Assembly (NCBI GenBank): GCA_965235115.1
Contig: OZ249445.1
Location: 8,060,001 to 8,124,000, forward strand
Source: Laetmonice hystrix
Taxonomy: Eukaryota
Direction: 5' to 3'
DNA length: 64,000 nucleotides
Shown piece after piece: positions 52,901-64,000 of this stretch. A program made the position numbers and the translations under genes. The notes under the pieces were generated by a model, which was not told where the DNA came from, did no database searches, and saw nothing but the letters and a program-made list of their open reading frames with translations. Each line of letters opens with the position of its first letter. The stretch's first letter is position 1.

Positions 52901-55900
52901 AGCAAGATCTTATTTTTTTACGAACTGGGCTCTGGTCTTTATGATGTTCTAAAACGAAATTTCAAAATATGGTGATGTAAGTGTTCTATACAGCTGCAGG
53001 TTGGCCCGCTTATAATGATGGCTCAGTCATGATTTCGTTATTGGTCAGCTTTCATGTACCCGATCGTCAGTCACTGGGCCTGGGCTGAAGAAGGTTGGCT
53101 GAGTCAAGGCCTTGCCATTTCACGGAACAACGAAACATTCACCGCAACCTTCCAGGTGAGCTATTATCGCATCCAAAAATTAGAATCATGTCTGGAATTT
53201 GGAAGAAAATTAAAGAATATCCTTCCAATTCAGTCATCATCTTTATTTGTTAGTTTTATGGTTGGTCCCCGATTGTCTTCTGATGTCTTCATTTCTCATT
53301 TGGCATTATAAAGTTATAAAGGCATTATAAAGTTCTAAGCGTTGATGTGTGAGAAAGGACTATATTACAACTGTCGTGATGTGTGTAAGGACTTCGCGGG
53401 GAGCGGCGTGGTCCATCTGGTTGGAGGCACAGCGGCGCTGTTCGGAGCCCTCCTGCTCGGGCCAAGAATCGGTCGATTTGACACCGACCTGGATGACGCC
53501 GAGGAGTTGCGGGGTCATTCCGTGCCGGTAGGTGGAGCCACGGTCCGGCCTCGAGCGCTCGACTTATAACTCGAGCGCTCGACTTATAACTCGAGCGCTC
53601 AACTTATAACTCGAGCGCTCGAGTTACAGTAAGTCAAGCGCTCGAGTTATATGCCGAGCGCTCGAGTTATAAGTCGAGCGCTCGAGTTATAAGTCGAGCG
53701 CTCGAGTTATAAGTCGATCGCACGAGTTATGATGTTTATGATGATTATGGTGATTATGATGTTCTTTCCCAGCCACCGTGGATATGGGACCTACATCACC
53801 CAGAAGAACGCGCGTATAGTCGACTACTAACAAATATTTTGGGAGTAGAAAGATGCAGTCAAAGCCCCACATCAGGAGCGCCGAAGGCGTGCGTCTATAG
53901 GCCCTATCAACCTATAAAACAATGGAGGCTCTTGAACAGGGGGAGTTTCGACACGCGCCTGCGACGGCCCTGGTCTGGTCTGCCAGCAGGCCTACCAAGC
54001 AACTGAGTCGAAGGGCGTCGAGCCATAGATCCTTTGTAGATAAATCTTCTTTGGGAAAATGACACAACATTTTTCTCTGAGAAGTTGGCCAGAAAATTCC
54101 CCACTACAGCCTGCTGGCCTTTCCTCTATTCGCCGGAGCAGCGCACTATTGCATGCTGACGTCGGGCCCCCATAAAATAAAATGTGGTTTAATCCGGCAG
54201 ATGGCAGCACTGGGTGGTTTCATCCTCTTCTTGGGATTCTTCTCGTTTAACGGTAGCTCTCAGGGCCACATATCACAGCCGGGGGACGGCCTGGCGGTGG
54301 CCGGGGCCGTCTGGAATACCATCCTCGCGGGAGCCTTCGGGGCGCTCTTCTCCGTCGTGGCGCATCTCTTCTTGAATTATTACAGTACCAAGCATTGGAA
54401 GTGGAGCTTGCTGACCACCATCAACGGTGGTCTATCGGGAATGGTAAGTCGCAACTAAACCCTGCATGGGGCATGGTATGAAACCACTTGCCCTAGGAGT
54501 TCGCTTGTGTTGCAAATTGGTGAATAAAGAAGCGCAAATTTCCCACATAATTGCGACTAGGCACACCTCAAGATTTGATCAAAATCAAAGCTCTCTATAG
54601 CCAACCAGAGTGTGTTTCTCTATTCGCTAAATAGGCTGGGCCTATGGTAGTACGGGCGTTTCTTTTCAATCTTAGATTTTATAGCTAGCTTAATTCACAC
54701 TAGTTCAATATACTGTAAAGAGATACATGTATATAAAAATAATTAATTTATAGAGAGTAGAATTAATGTTCTCTTTAAACAGGCAAGGGGTCGGCCTGCA
54801 AATGCCGAGTGTTTAGTGTTTGTGTTTGCAACCAGGTGGCGATCTGTGCCGGTTGTAACAATGTGTACCCGTGGGCTGCGGCAGTGATAGGCTCCGTGTC
54901 TGGACTCATCCTACACCTGGTTTCGTGGCTCATGATCAAAGTCAAGATCGATGACCCACTTGATGCTGTGGCAGGTCAGTGGCATTTTTACCTATTCTGG
55001 TATTCGTCACTGGCCTCCTCAAAATAGATGTCTCTTTTAATAAGCTCAGAGCTGTCATGCCATAAATGGATATAGGGCCTAGCCCTGATGTATATTTAAG
55101 ATCGCCTCTTGATTCAATAAAGTGATTCTTATAGGGCCTAATATAGACTCTGTCGAACGTAGGCCTATTAAAATTTGGCATTCTTTGCACTTTGCACTTC
55201 AGTGCACTTGGGTAGTGGACTGTGGGGCGTCATAGCTGTGGCATTATTCAACAAAACCAATGGCGTTTTTCTCTTTGGACATATCGAATCAGCCTATGTG
55301 AGTAGCATAGCGGTAATCTTGTTCGGAATAGAGTAGTATAACGTATAGGGGATGCGGAGTAAGATAATAACAGGGGTCAGAGAACTCCTAATGTAGGAGT
55401 ACATATAAATCGGTCATACACGGACGGCCTATAATACATGTCCGTCTTATTAACTCCCTTATATGTCAACAAGCGAGGACTCCGGGACTAACCTGGGGTG
55501 CGTTTCTCATCTATCGTTATCCTGTCGTGCGTTAAAATCCCATTGAAAATGCATTGGAGTTAACGATACGACAAGGTAACGACAAGATGAGAAACGCCCC
55601 CGGTATGAAGGTGGACATTTTGTGGCCATTGTTTAGTTTTTTACGATATATTGTCAAGTCACGCCGACAAAATCACCCAGTATACATGAAAAGTTGCTTC
55701 TCTCTTCCTTGTCGCGACGATAAGCTGCCCATTGCCCGAGTAAACGACGCTCCCTATAGAGCCGGCTTTAGAGATCCATGAGACTACGCACCCGTTAATT
55801 CATATAGAGGCCTACATATGGGATCCCATATAGCTAAATACGTTGGACTGAAAGCCCATGTAAATACATGTATTATGTGTACACCTGTGCTTTAATCCTG

Positions 55901-56599
55901 CAGTATTAAAGCTATGATGATGAAACCGAACGTGGCATGGGCCCCGATATTATATTACAGGCACTTGGGATCAATCTTCTCGGAGCGTTGGCAATCTTCG
56001 TTTGGTCTGCGGGGGTGAGTGGGCTGGTTTTCGGTTCTCTCCGGCTCATTAAAATACTCCGTGTACCTCGACAGCTAGAAATCGAAGGTAGGCGCATTCT
56101 AGACATTGAATTGCATAAGGCAAAGGGATTTAAATAAGCTAATTAAACCTAGATTTTGTACAAAGAAATGTTTCTGCCTTCACCACGTCGTTCTATCTCG
56201 TTCTAGCTTTTCAATATGTCGCACGCAGCCAATATCACCCGGGTCAGACCGACCTTTCCAGGCGTGCTTGTATTTCTATCAATAAAAACACTCACTATAG
56301 CTGACTTTTCAAAAGGGCACGTTTTCAGCATTGTCGGGGGGGGGGGGGGGGTGGAGATTGCCCGCCTTTTTTGATCATGACATTCTTTTATGAGCCGGTT
56401 GATTTGCATGGAAGGTTTGGACGTACCCGAACACGGAGAGCCGGCGTACCCAGTGAGCGCCTATAGGGACACTGGGATGGTCGACCATCTACAGAAGGTA
56501 TTCGATGAGCTCATGGATAAAGAGATGGGCGAGGAAAGAGCCGCCAATCCACAGCTAGGTGTGTACAGCATAAATAGTTATCTGCGCCTGTATTCATAA
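49927..56599 (+). CDS. amt: Ammonium transporter, Amt/Mep family
   Basis: Exons 49927-50020, 52077-52166, 52531-52755, 53049-53155, 53390-53527, 54201-54443, 54836-54974, 55203-55297, 55961-56087, 56415-56599. Motifs [78 protein letters not shown]; both twin-His residues present. The 3' end is less certain (possible donor at 56558; AATAAA at 56836). Confidence 0.92.
50263..50450. mobile_element. TA-flanked MITE containing a (TA)n microsatellite
   Basis: TIRs TGGCAAGCCGT.TTAACATAT / ATATGTTAATACGGCTTGCCA with TA on both flanks. Confidence 0.75.
50480..50830 (-). pseudogene. Degraded LINE (CR1/L2-like) APE endonuclease fragment in Amt intron 1
   Basis: Minus-strand fragments [14 protein letters not shown]...FSGIG and [29 protein letters not shown] resemble the N-terminus of non-LTR ORF2 endonucleases; frameshifted. 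Confidence 0.6.
51723..51975. mobile_element. hAT-type MITE
   Basis: TIRs CAGGCACAGATCCAGG / CCTGGATCAGTGCCTG; 8-bp flanks TGTTGTTG / TGTTGTTT (7/8 match). Confidence 0.75.
52839..52933. mobile_element. Short MITE related to the CAGGGCCC-ended family
   Basis: CAGGGCCCAGTT...AACTGGGCTCTG termini. Confidence 0.5.
53551..53730. repeat. Head-to-head inverted 20-bp minisatellite (TCGAGCGCTCGACTTATAAC) in an Amt intron
   Basis: About four units in one orientation followed by about five in the opposite orientation; each contains the 12-bp palindrome TCGAGCGCTCGA. Confidence 0.9.
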
Positions 56600-57179
56600 C
56601 GCAGGTTTTGGGGGCAGAGTTTGTCTTTGACAAGAAGAACCACAGAAACAGTTAATTTCAAAAGTGAGGCATGCTTAGTTAGTGGACAAGAAATCCTCTG
56701 AAAGATTTGCTGTACTGAAACGTATTTGAGATTAGCTGTGACATATCCATTCAAGCAACCTCTACCTCGGTGGTAGCCTACTAAAACTGGCACATTGGAG
56801 CATGCTATATAAGGTACATCAGGCAAATACTAAACAATAAAATCAAAGAAACCGAAACATAAAGTGGCTGCACGAGTTACCATGAGACAGTGAGAGCGTT
56901 ATTGTTGCCTAATCATTAAAATGCCTCAGGGGTTCTGATTAACTATAGATTCACCTGGCCAGCAATCAAAAGCAGATTTCCAGTCTGAAGAGAGGGTACG
57001 TTTTGCCAAGTGCAAATGGAGCTGTGTAGTCTATCACATGAGGGCTGAAAAAGGCCCTAGTTTTTCAATTTCGTGGACCCCCCCTTGTTAGCTCACTTTC
57101 TTGGTACCAAACTGCAGGAAAAATCCTCAATTTTTTATTTCCGACAGTTATCTGGTCGGCAATTACCCACAACTGCACT

Positions 57180-58618
57180 GTTTCCATGGTAACAAAAACC
57201 AACCTCTGTATTTTAGGGGTTTAGGGAAAACTGATATTTTGTATTGCCTAGAAGCGAATAATCCACAGAATAGATTGCGTGATAGCTCATATGAAAGAGC
57301 TTACAGAGTACATTCCAGAAAATACAATATTTCTGTTGTCATGGTTATCCGGTTTCCATGGTAACGAGTAAACTCTCTCAATTTGGTGATTTTTGATGAA
57401 TTGTTACTTTGTAAGTTGCCACAGGAACCGGAGTGTTATAAATGCTTCATGTCTACACATGCAGTTTGACAGATGCATATGTCTGGAATTTGAATAACAT
57501 ATGAAATGGAAATTGAGGTCGATCGTTTCCATAGTAACAGTGCCAAACTCCAGTTCCACTCGATATTGTAGGGAGGCCGAAGATTTAAGATATTTCAACA
57601 CACCAGAGTCATTTATTTAGGTATCTGTGCACGAGATATCTCATATGAAAGAGCTCAGAGAATGTTTTTTACAAAATTAACAAAACAGGATTTTCCCTTT
57701 ATCTCGTTGCCATGGTAACTAATAAACTGTATAAATCTGGAGAACATGGGGAAAATAGTTTCTTCAGTCTCCCCAGTAACCACAGTATCATATATTTGTT
57801 TAACTTCTATGGTTATTCTGATATGTACCCTTGTCTTTAACCTGAATCACATAGGAGGTAAAAATTATTCTGCTTGGTTTCCATGGTAACAATGAAACAA
57901 TCTTAATATTATATTTTACACCATACTTTGGGGTGTCAAGTTATTTCAACATAGTGAAGACAGTTAAGGGGGATCAGGACATAATGATAGCTTGTATGGA
58001 AAAGCTCAGAGGGTACATTACAAAAACACACACATACACAAAATTTAACATTATATTGTTGCCATGGTAACCAATAAACTCCAAAATTGGTGACTATTGG
58101 GCCATCAATTTTCCTAGCATTAGGTATTAGCTATTTCTTCCATTTTTAAAGCATTGTAAGTGTATATATGTACACGTCTCTTTCGTAAAGTATCTGAAAA
58201 TTAGTCTGTATGGTTTCCATGGTAACAATAGAACAACCTTGTTAGAACCACTCCTTTTTGGCAGATCATGCTATATGCAACATTCTAGCCTGGTCTACTA
58301 GCACAGTTTCTAAGAACATACAGCTTCTTAAGTTAGGGTACTTTGAGGATAAGACATTTTGAGGAAATGTCGAATGCTTCATTTGTCAGGATGTATCATG
58401 TTTGGATTCTGTTGCCTAGCAACCAATTATTTTTGAATACGTTCTTAGTGACCGGTATTATAATGATAACTAATCTATATCAAACCTATAAAAATAGTAG
58501 GTGCAAAGAATTAAAGTATATTGATATTTGACAATTCCATCCCGTTGCCTAGCAATAGTCTTTCCAAACACCCACCCACACCCTACAAAATGTTACTTTA
58601 TCTCGTTGCCATGGTAAT
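57180..58618. repeat. Degenerate ~350-bp subterminal repeat with X-box-like palindromes GTT(T/G)CCATGGTAAC
   Basis: Exact motifs at 57180, 57352, 57706, 57877, 58058, 58213; variants at 57525, 58411, 58544, 58605. The GATA(G/T)CT..TATG.AA..AGCT block recurs at 57281, 57635, 57986. Confidence 0.8.
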
Positions 58619-58848
58619 CATCAGGGCTCATCCGGCACTTCATTAATTAGAGGCAGACCACGTGGCCGTGTCTTTCAATGAGGCAGGGGCCAGAATCGGT
58701 TTCAGGAACAGTGGGCAACTAGAAGTAGCTATGGCATGCCAGATCAGCATCACCAGCTGCTACCGACCAGGCCACTGCAATGGCAACTGACAGCAGGAAA
58801 ACTGGGAAGCCTGGCAGCAGATGAGTCGTTGACTAGACTTGATTATAG

Positions 58849-61800
58849 TTATTCCTCGCTCTCACTGTCATCCTCGAGATTTTTCAGAGTTGGATTCATA
58901 GTTTTGTTCGTGCAGTCTCTTGGGCAGTGGCATGCATACGTACATGTCAGGTTGGATCTTTTACAAGAGCAGTGCCTGGAAGTGCAGGGAGTTTTGCATT
59001 TACATGAGATGTACTCCATGAGTTCCTTTGGTGCAGTGACTTTCTGTGTCCAATAAATGGACAGAGCATGATCTCGGACAGTCCATCCATGGCCATCTGG
59101 ACTTGGTATATGGGCCCTAGATTGCATTGCACGCTTCCAGATAGCTGCTTGATAGTTAGCCCGCTTCGTGTGTTGTACGAGTGCGTCTTGTGTTGGGGGA
59201 AGCTGCTGTGATTGGTGATGACCTTTTGTGCAGAATAGAAGAAACCGGGCCTCATTGATACTGTCAAGGTGGTCAATTCCGTACAGATGAGCAGTGAACT
59301 CCTCACACAAGTTCAGGAGTTCAGTGCTAACTTGAAGTGACTCTCCCAGTTGTTGAAATGCCCTCACTGCCACCTCATCCCGTTGGAGCAAATCAAAGGC
59401 AACTTTTTTACCTTTACCACAAAAGGCACTTGTGGCGTCCGTCCCAGTGAATGCATGGAGTCCTATCAGGGCCTTGCACACGCCCTGACCCCATGCATCA
59501 GCAAGACTCTTGATATCAACAACACGTTGTTTCTGTTGTGCTCCAGTGACAAGAAACAAGTTTGACTTAATTTGCTGTTGGTGATGGAGAGCTAAGACTA
59601 CAACATCGGTGTCAGGGCTTCTGATGATAATTGTTTGATGTCCATTTTGTGCTGCATTTTGGGCATGAAGAAACAATCGCCCATCAGCTTCTTCTTGGTC
59701 AGTATGCAAGGTAGACATAATTTCGTCCTGAATGTTGTCACCAAGGGATGTTAGCCTGTGACAGGTTTTATCAACAGTGAGGAAAAGTTCCTTGTCTTCC
59801 AGAACACTGACATATTTACTTGTCTGCCATTCCTTGTAAAGAAACCTAATGAGTTCCTTTTTGTTTAGTTCGTCTGCAAGGAATTTCTGCCATTGCTGTG
59901 GACACTTCTGAGATGGATTTGATATCTTCACTTGGAAGACGCCACTGAGAGAGGCTGAGCGCTGACTCCTTTCCATGTTTTTGATTGAAACATCCTCATA
60001 CCTGTCACAAACGAAGTCCACTCGAGAAACTTGACCAAAGTTGTTCGCCTGTCTGAAGAGTAACGTCAAGATTCTGTCTGCAAGTTCTCTGAAGGTGTCA
60101 GGCATTTGTTTCAGAGTGTGTAGGAAGGCCATTCCATCCATAATGAAGACGGATCCTTTGGGTGTCTGGAGAGAAGAAACTGTTTTCATCTCCAGAAGCT
60201 GGGCCAACTTCGATTTGGCTGTTTTGCACAGTCCCCCATCTGGTGATGCCAAAGAAGGTGGAAACTGTCTCAGTTCATACGTGAAAACCTCACGGAGATC
60301 AAGCCGTCTGTTCTGTGCTATGACTAAGGATCTTGCAAAGAAGTCAAGGTCGGCCTGCATGGACTCTTTTGGTTTTTTCGACTTAGAGTTGGCTGTTTTA
60401 CTGAATCTTTTCAGATTTAGCTTCTTGAGGGGATCAAAGAAATCAACGTCATTTTTATTGAGACGTGACTTCACGAATTTATCCAGTGCTTCTTCCCCTT
60501 TTGCCTCAGCTTGGAGTAGGTCACGAGTGATGTCTTCTGGTGCTACGATGCCAGAGGTGACACTGATGAGATCTGTGGAAGGCTGGAATGGATTGGTCTG
60601 ATCTATCAGATACTTAACGAGACGTGCAACACATTCTTCGTCCTGTTTTATTCTAGGCTTCGTGTCTTCTTTGTGTCGGCCATATTCTTCAGTGTTCAAG
60701 CCTGCCATACGTCTACAACTCTGTGTGATGGCAGCTCTGTCATGTGCTGTCAGAATCCACCTATGCATAGCTGATTTATTCAGGCTGAAGCCTATGATGC
60801 CACCAGGTGTCTTACTGTCCCTGTTCACTGTTTGTTCAATGGTTTGGTCGACAGGAACTTGACTAAAAGCATGAGCTTCACAACGCTGCACAGCAAATTC
60901 GCCCTGATTCATATATTCATCAGCTATGGGATGAGCTTCCCGAAGTTGCAACATATCCCAGAGGTAGACAGTCAGGTACCTCGCATAGTTAGTGTGGTCA
61001 TATGCAAACATCCAAGGAAGCATGTTCCGGAGGCATGCTTTGTGGAGGGCCCAGTTTCCTTCTCTTGTAGATCTGATGAAGTTAAGGAAGAGCTGAAACA
61101 TAGTGAGGTAGGATTCCCAGAAGGCAGCCATTGGTCCGCGATCAGTAGCTGTGTACCTCTTGTAAGCTGCTAGCGCATGCTTGAAATTTGGGGAATCAAG
61201 CAGATCTTTAATCTCCTCAGATGAGAAGCCATCTTGAAATGTCCCCAGAAGGGTACAAAGTGCTTCTTGGTCAAATGGAATGTCAGGATTCGCAGCCAAC
61301 CAGGATCCGAAGTCTGACCACTTGATCCTCAGCAGTGCTTCATAGACTGCCTTGTTGGCCCTAACTGCTCTATTGTATTGGTGTCCATTCAGTACGCATC
61401 CAATGGATCCAGCTGCCACAACGCCATTTTCGATTAGCAGATCCCGCAAGCCTGCTTCACCAAAACGCTGCCCTAGAATTCCAAGAAAGTTGCATGCAAT
61501 GTGGAAAGCTCCCATACGGAGAACAACCCTTCTGTAATCACCAGGCGCTGACCAAATGATTTGCTTGGCTTTGCAATAAATGGCCTGATCCATGACCACC
61601 ACGACGTCTTCCTGTCCGAGCTGATTGCCCATGACCAGTGACCGTTGCAAGATTGTATGTACTGTGCTTAGTTCTGTTGGACTTGAATCAATAGTCTGGC
61701 AGTATCCCACATTGGATGTTGGCACACTTTGGTTATGCTGTACCCGAGCATTAAATGGACTCCAGCCTGAAATAAGAGATTTTATTAACATCCGATTATA

Positions 61801-63982
61801 GACCAGGGGCCGGTTCCTCAGTCGTGCGCCTAAGTACGACTTGGCTGAGTAACAAGTAAGCTGGGCAGTGCTCATTCCCCAAAATAGGTTCCTCAGTCGT
61901 CGAAAGAGTCACGCGGGCCGCTTTGCTCATGGTGCCGGTCAGCTCTGCACCCGGTGACTGTTTGGTAACCTCCGCACCTGACTTAGGCAAGTAATGGTTA
62001 AGATAGGCTCAGCACATCTTAGCGCGAATGAGGAACGGTTAACTTAAGTAACGTTTTTGGATGATTTCTTGCCTAAGTAATAGTAGTACTTAGGCCTTTC
62101 GCGACTGAGGAACCAGCCCCTTAGTTAAAAGTCTGTTCTGTTCGAAGATATTCGTGGGACATGAAACTTATTCTTTGTTCTACATAGCTGCCCCTCCATT
62201 GGACAAGCATAATGTGTGTATTCATGGCAATTATCTACAGTTGTACTTAATAATTCCATTATTTCTTATTGTAGGATTGGAATTAAGGAAACCATCAGTA
62301 ATATGCTGGGTTACTGGATAGACTGATAATTAAGCAACCTTCATCCATAGGTGAGAGTAACAATGCACAGTATATTCACGAGAAAATAACTGTAGGGGGC
62401 CCTCCAAGGAACTAGAAGGAAGAGAACACACCTGGAATCATTTGCTGCTGATCATCAAGAGGCGAAGAGACAGTGAAGAGGTTGCCAGATTTCACGGGTA
62501 GTCTTAGCAGGAACCAGGCAAAATCTATCTCTTTTGGTTTACTGAAAGCTTCCTTCAGACTTGAGCATATTTGGAAGTCAACATTCAGTATTCCTGGGCC
62601 CTTTCTAGCTCTGTGAATATATGGCATGAAACCAGGGACCTCAGCAGTTGTCTCCATCTGCAGCTGACTTCCTTCTTGTTGACCTGTTGCGGGCTCGCAT
62701 GTGTGAACACGGCGTTGAACAAGGATCCCGTTCGTGCAGTGAGTGGTGTTACTTCCACTTAAGGTCTGTTCGTTGAGATCAATATTGTCCCAACAGAAGC
62801 TTGTGAAAACATGTGGATTGATGTTACTTGGAATAATGACTCCCCCTGTCTCCCTTTGAGTATGTTTTAATGCAATTGAAGACTCGAGGTCAAGTAATTC
62901 ATTGTAAGACACTGTGTGTCCAAATCTGTTCAGCATTGACACCACTTGAGAGCTTCCTGTCAGGTTCTTGACTGTCATAGCAAGGGACACATGCTTAGGT
63001 GTTTTGACCCTTCCTCTAGACACGTTATACAGTAGATCTTGACCAACTGACATCACTCTTCTGTACAGGGCTTCTTTCGTTGACGCTGAATCAGCTGAAA
63101 CTTCATCCTCATCTGTTTCACCAGACATCACCCAGACCAAGAAGTTATACACATTTTGTGGTATTTGTGCATGAGCGAATGTTAACGTCTCAGCTGAAGG
63201 TGGGTCTGGCACTTGGCCCTTTATCTTCTTCAGTTCCGTGCGAATGTACTTTGCCACATGGTAAAGATCAGACTGACTTGGGGGGCTGGAGTTTGCAGTA
63301 TTGTACATGTAGTAGGTTTCTCAGCATGTTCAAAGTTTTTCACAGGCATGACATCTTCTGTTATGTAGCATCCTGCTTCAGCAAGCTGTCCTTTTGGAAC
63401 ATCTGACGGGAACAAAATCTCAGATTCATTTCTGCGCCTTGGTTGCCAGAAGGACAGCCTGTCTCCAAAGGTCCTAAGGAGGCGTTTCTTTAACTTCTGG
63501 GATTTGTAGGCTGGTGCTTCTTTTCCTCGTTCTGAAAGATGGTTTTTGAAGTGCTCTACGAGAGTATTCATTTGCATTGTTTTGTGGTCAATAAGAACAT
63601 TTTTTCTTACTTCATCTACTATAAGTTCATATGAGTCATCATATTCAGTCTGGAGCAAATTCTCTGAAGGCCTTTTCCTGATATAGTTTACGTAGCATCT
63701 ATGGTGGTAGCAGATTTCCATTGCAATGGGATCTTTGTTTGAAATTTCACCAAGGATTCGAAAGTCCTGTCTCGTTTCTGCAGCCTGAAGTAGCTTCTTG
63801 CCAGCTTCAAAGGTCATGCATTGGGTCAAGGGTAGAAGCCTTTTGTTTTCTTTGTCGTACTTTCTAGTCTGGCATACCAGACAAACCTTGCTATCAGGGT
63901 TTACTGTCCTTCGGCTTGCTCGCTTTACTAAAGAACCATCTTCATCACGATCACACTCATTAGTATAGTTTACCGAAGCCAT
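58849..63982 (-). CDS. AcademX transposase-XPG nuclease-Cys8 protein (~1490 aa; one frameshift near 63310, one intron 62431-61767)
   Basis: Transposase-like motifs MDQAIYCKA, MGAFH, YDHTNYARY, VPVDQTIEQTVNRDSK. PIN/XPG acidic motifs IMDGMA, CDRY, EEADGRL, SPDTDV. H3TH motif HAFTGTDATSAFCGKGK. C-terminal CKCKTPCTSRHCSCKRSNLTCTYACHC. The GT-AG intron joins QQMIP-G-WSPFN in frame. Confidence 0.85.
61805..62121. mobile_element. MITE nested in the intron of the Academ gene
   Basis: TIRs AGGGGCCGGTTCCTCAGTCG / CGACTGAGGAACCAGCCCCT (one mismatch); no clear TSD. Confidence 0.75.
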
Positions 63983-64000
63983 GATTCTCGTTCATCCAGT

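Larger units (their letters stand above)
57058..64000 (-). mobile_element. Academ superfamily DNA transposon (AcademX, XPG-nuclease type); right end outside window
   Basis: Protein architecture matches the published Academ description (~1500 aa: Academ/transposase domain + XPG nuclease + Cys8 finger). The left boundary is inferred from a TAG start at 57058 followed by ~1.6 kb of degenerate subterminal repeats; the boundary itself is uncertain. Confidence 0.75.

Noticed and set aside
42500-56200. Frequent TAGGCCTA / AGGCCTA and TACATGTA motifs
   Set aside because: Appears to be a diffuse compositional bias with no regular spacing; no functional claim can be supported without genome-wide counts.
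60041-61537. Plus-strand ORFs within the transposon
   Set aside because: Antisense shadows of the Academ coding sequence.
1-64000. tRNA, rRNA or other structured RNA genes
   Set aside because: No cloverleaf with A/B boxes or rRNA-like sequence recognised by eye; a covariance-model search was not possible.

Overview
Intron-rich eukaryotic (animal, probably marine invertebrate) genomic DNA with five spliced protein-coding genes plus transposons. In order: (1) an ankyrin-repeat + MAP3K19/YSK4-like kinase gene on + (5' end lies before the window, stop at 17285), with a 29-bp minisatellite in an early intron and a probable internal TATA promoter giving a kinase-only isoform; (2) cytosolic non-specific dipeptidase CNDP2 on -, whose last two exons are present twice as intact, synonymously diverged alternative C-terminal cassettes; (3) PHRF1 (RING-PHD-SRI) on +, head-to-head with CNDP2; (4) a 215-aa single-pass Shisa-like/STMC6 (six-cysteine) membrane protein gene that the ORF track misses; (5) an Amt-family ammonium transporter on +. 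The last ~7 kb is an Academ (AcademX, XPG-nuclease type) DNA transposon encoding a ~1490-aa protein with one frameshift, whose subterminal region carries a periodic array of RFX X-box-like palindromes. Several MITEs, a Tc1/mariner deletion derivative and a LINE endonuclease remnant lie in introns and intergenic DNA. Exon models were assembled by hand from splice sites and reading frame; family assignments rest on recognised motifs, with no database searches run.
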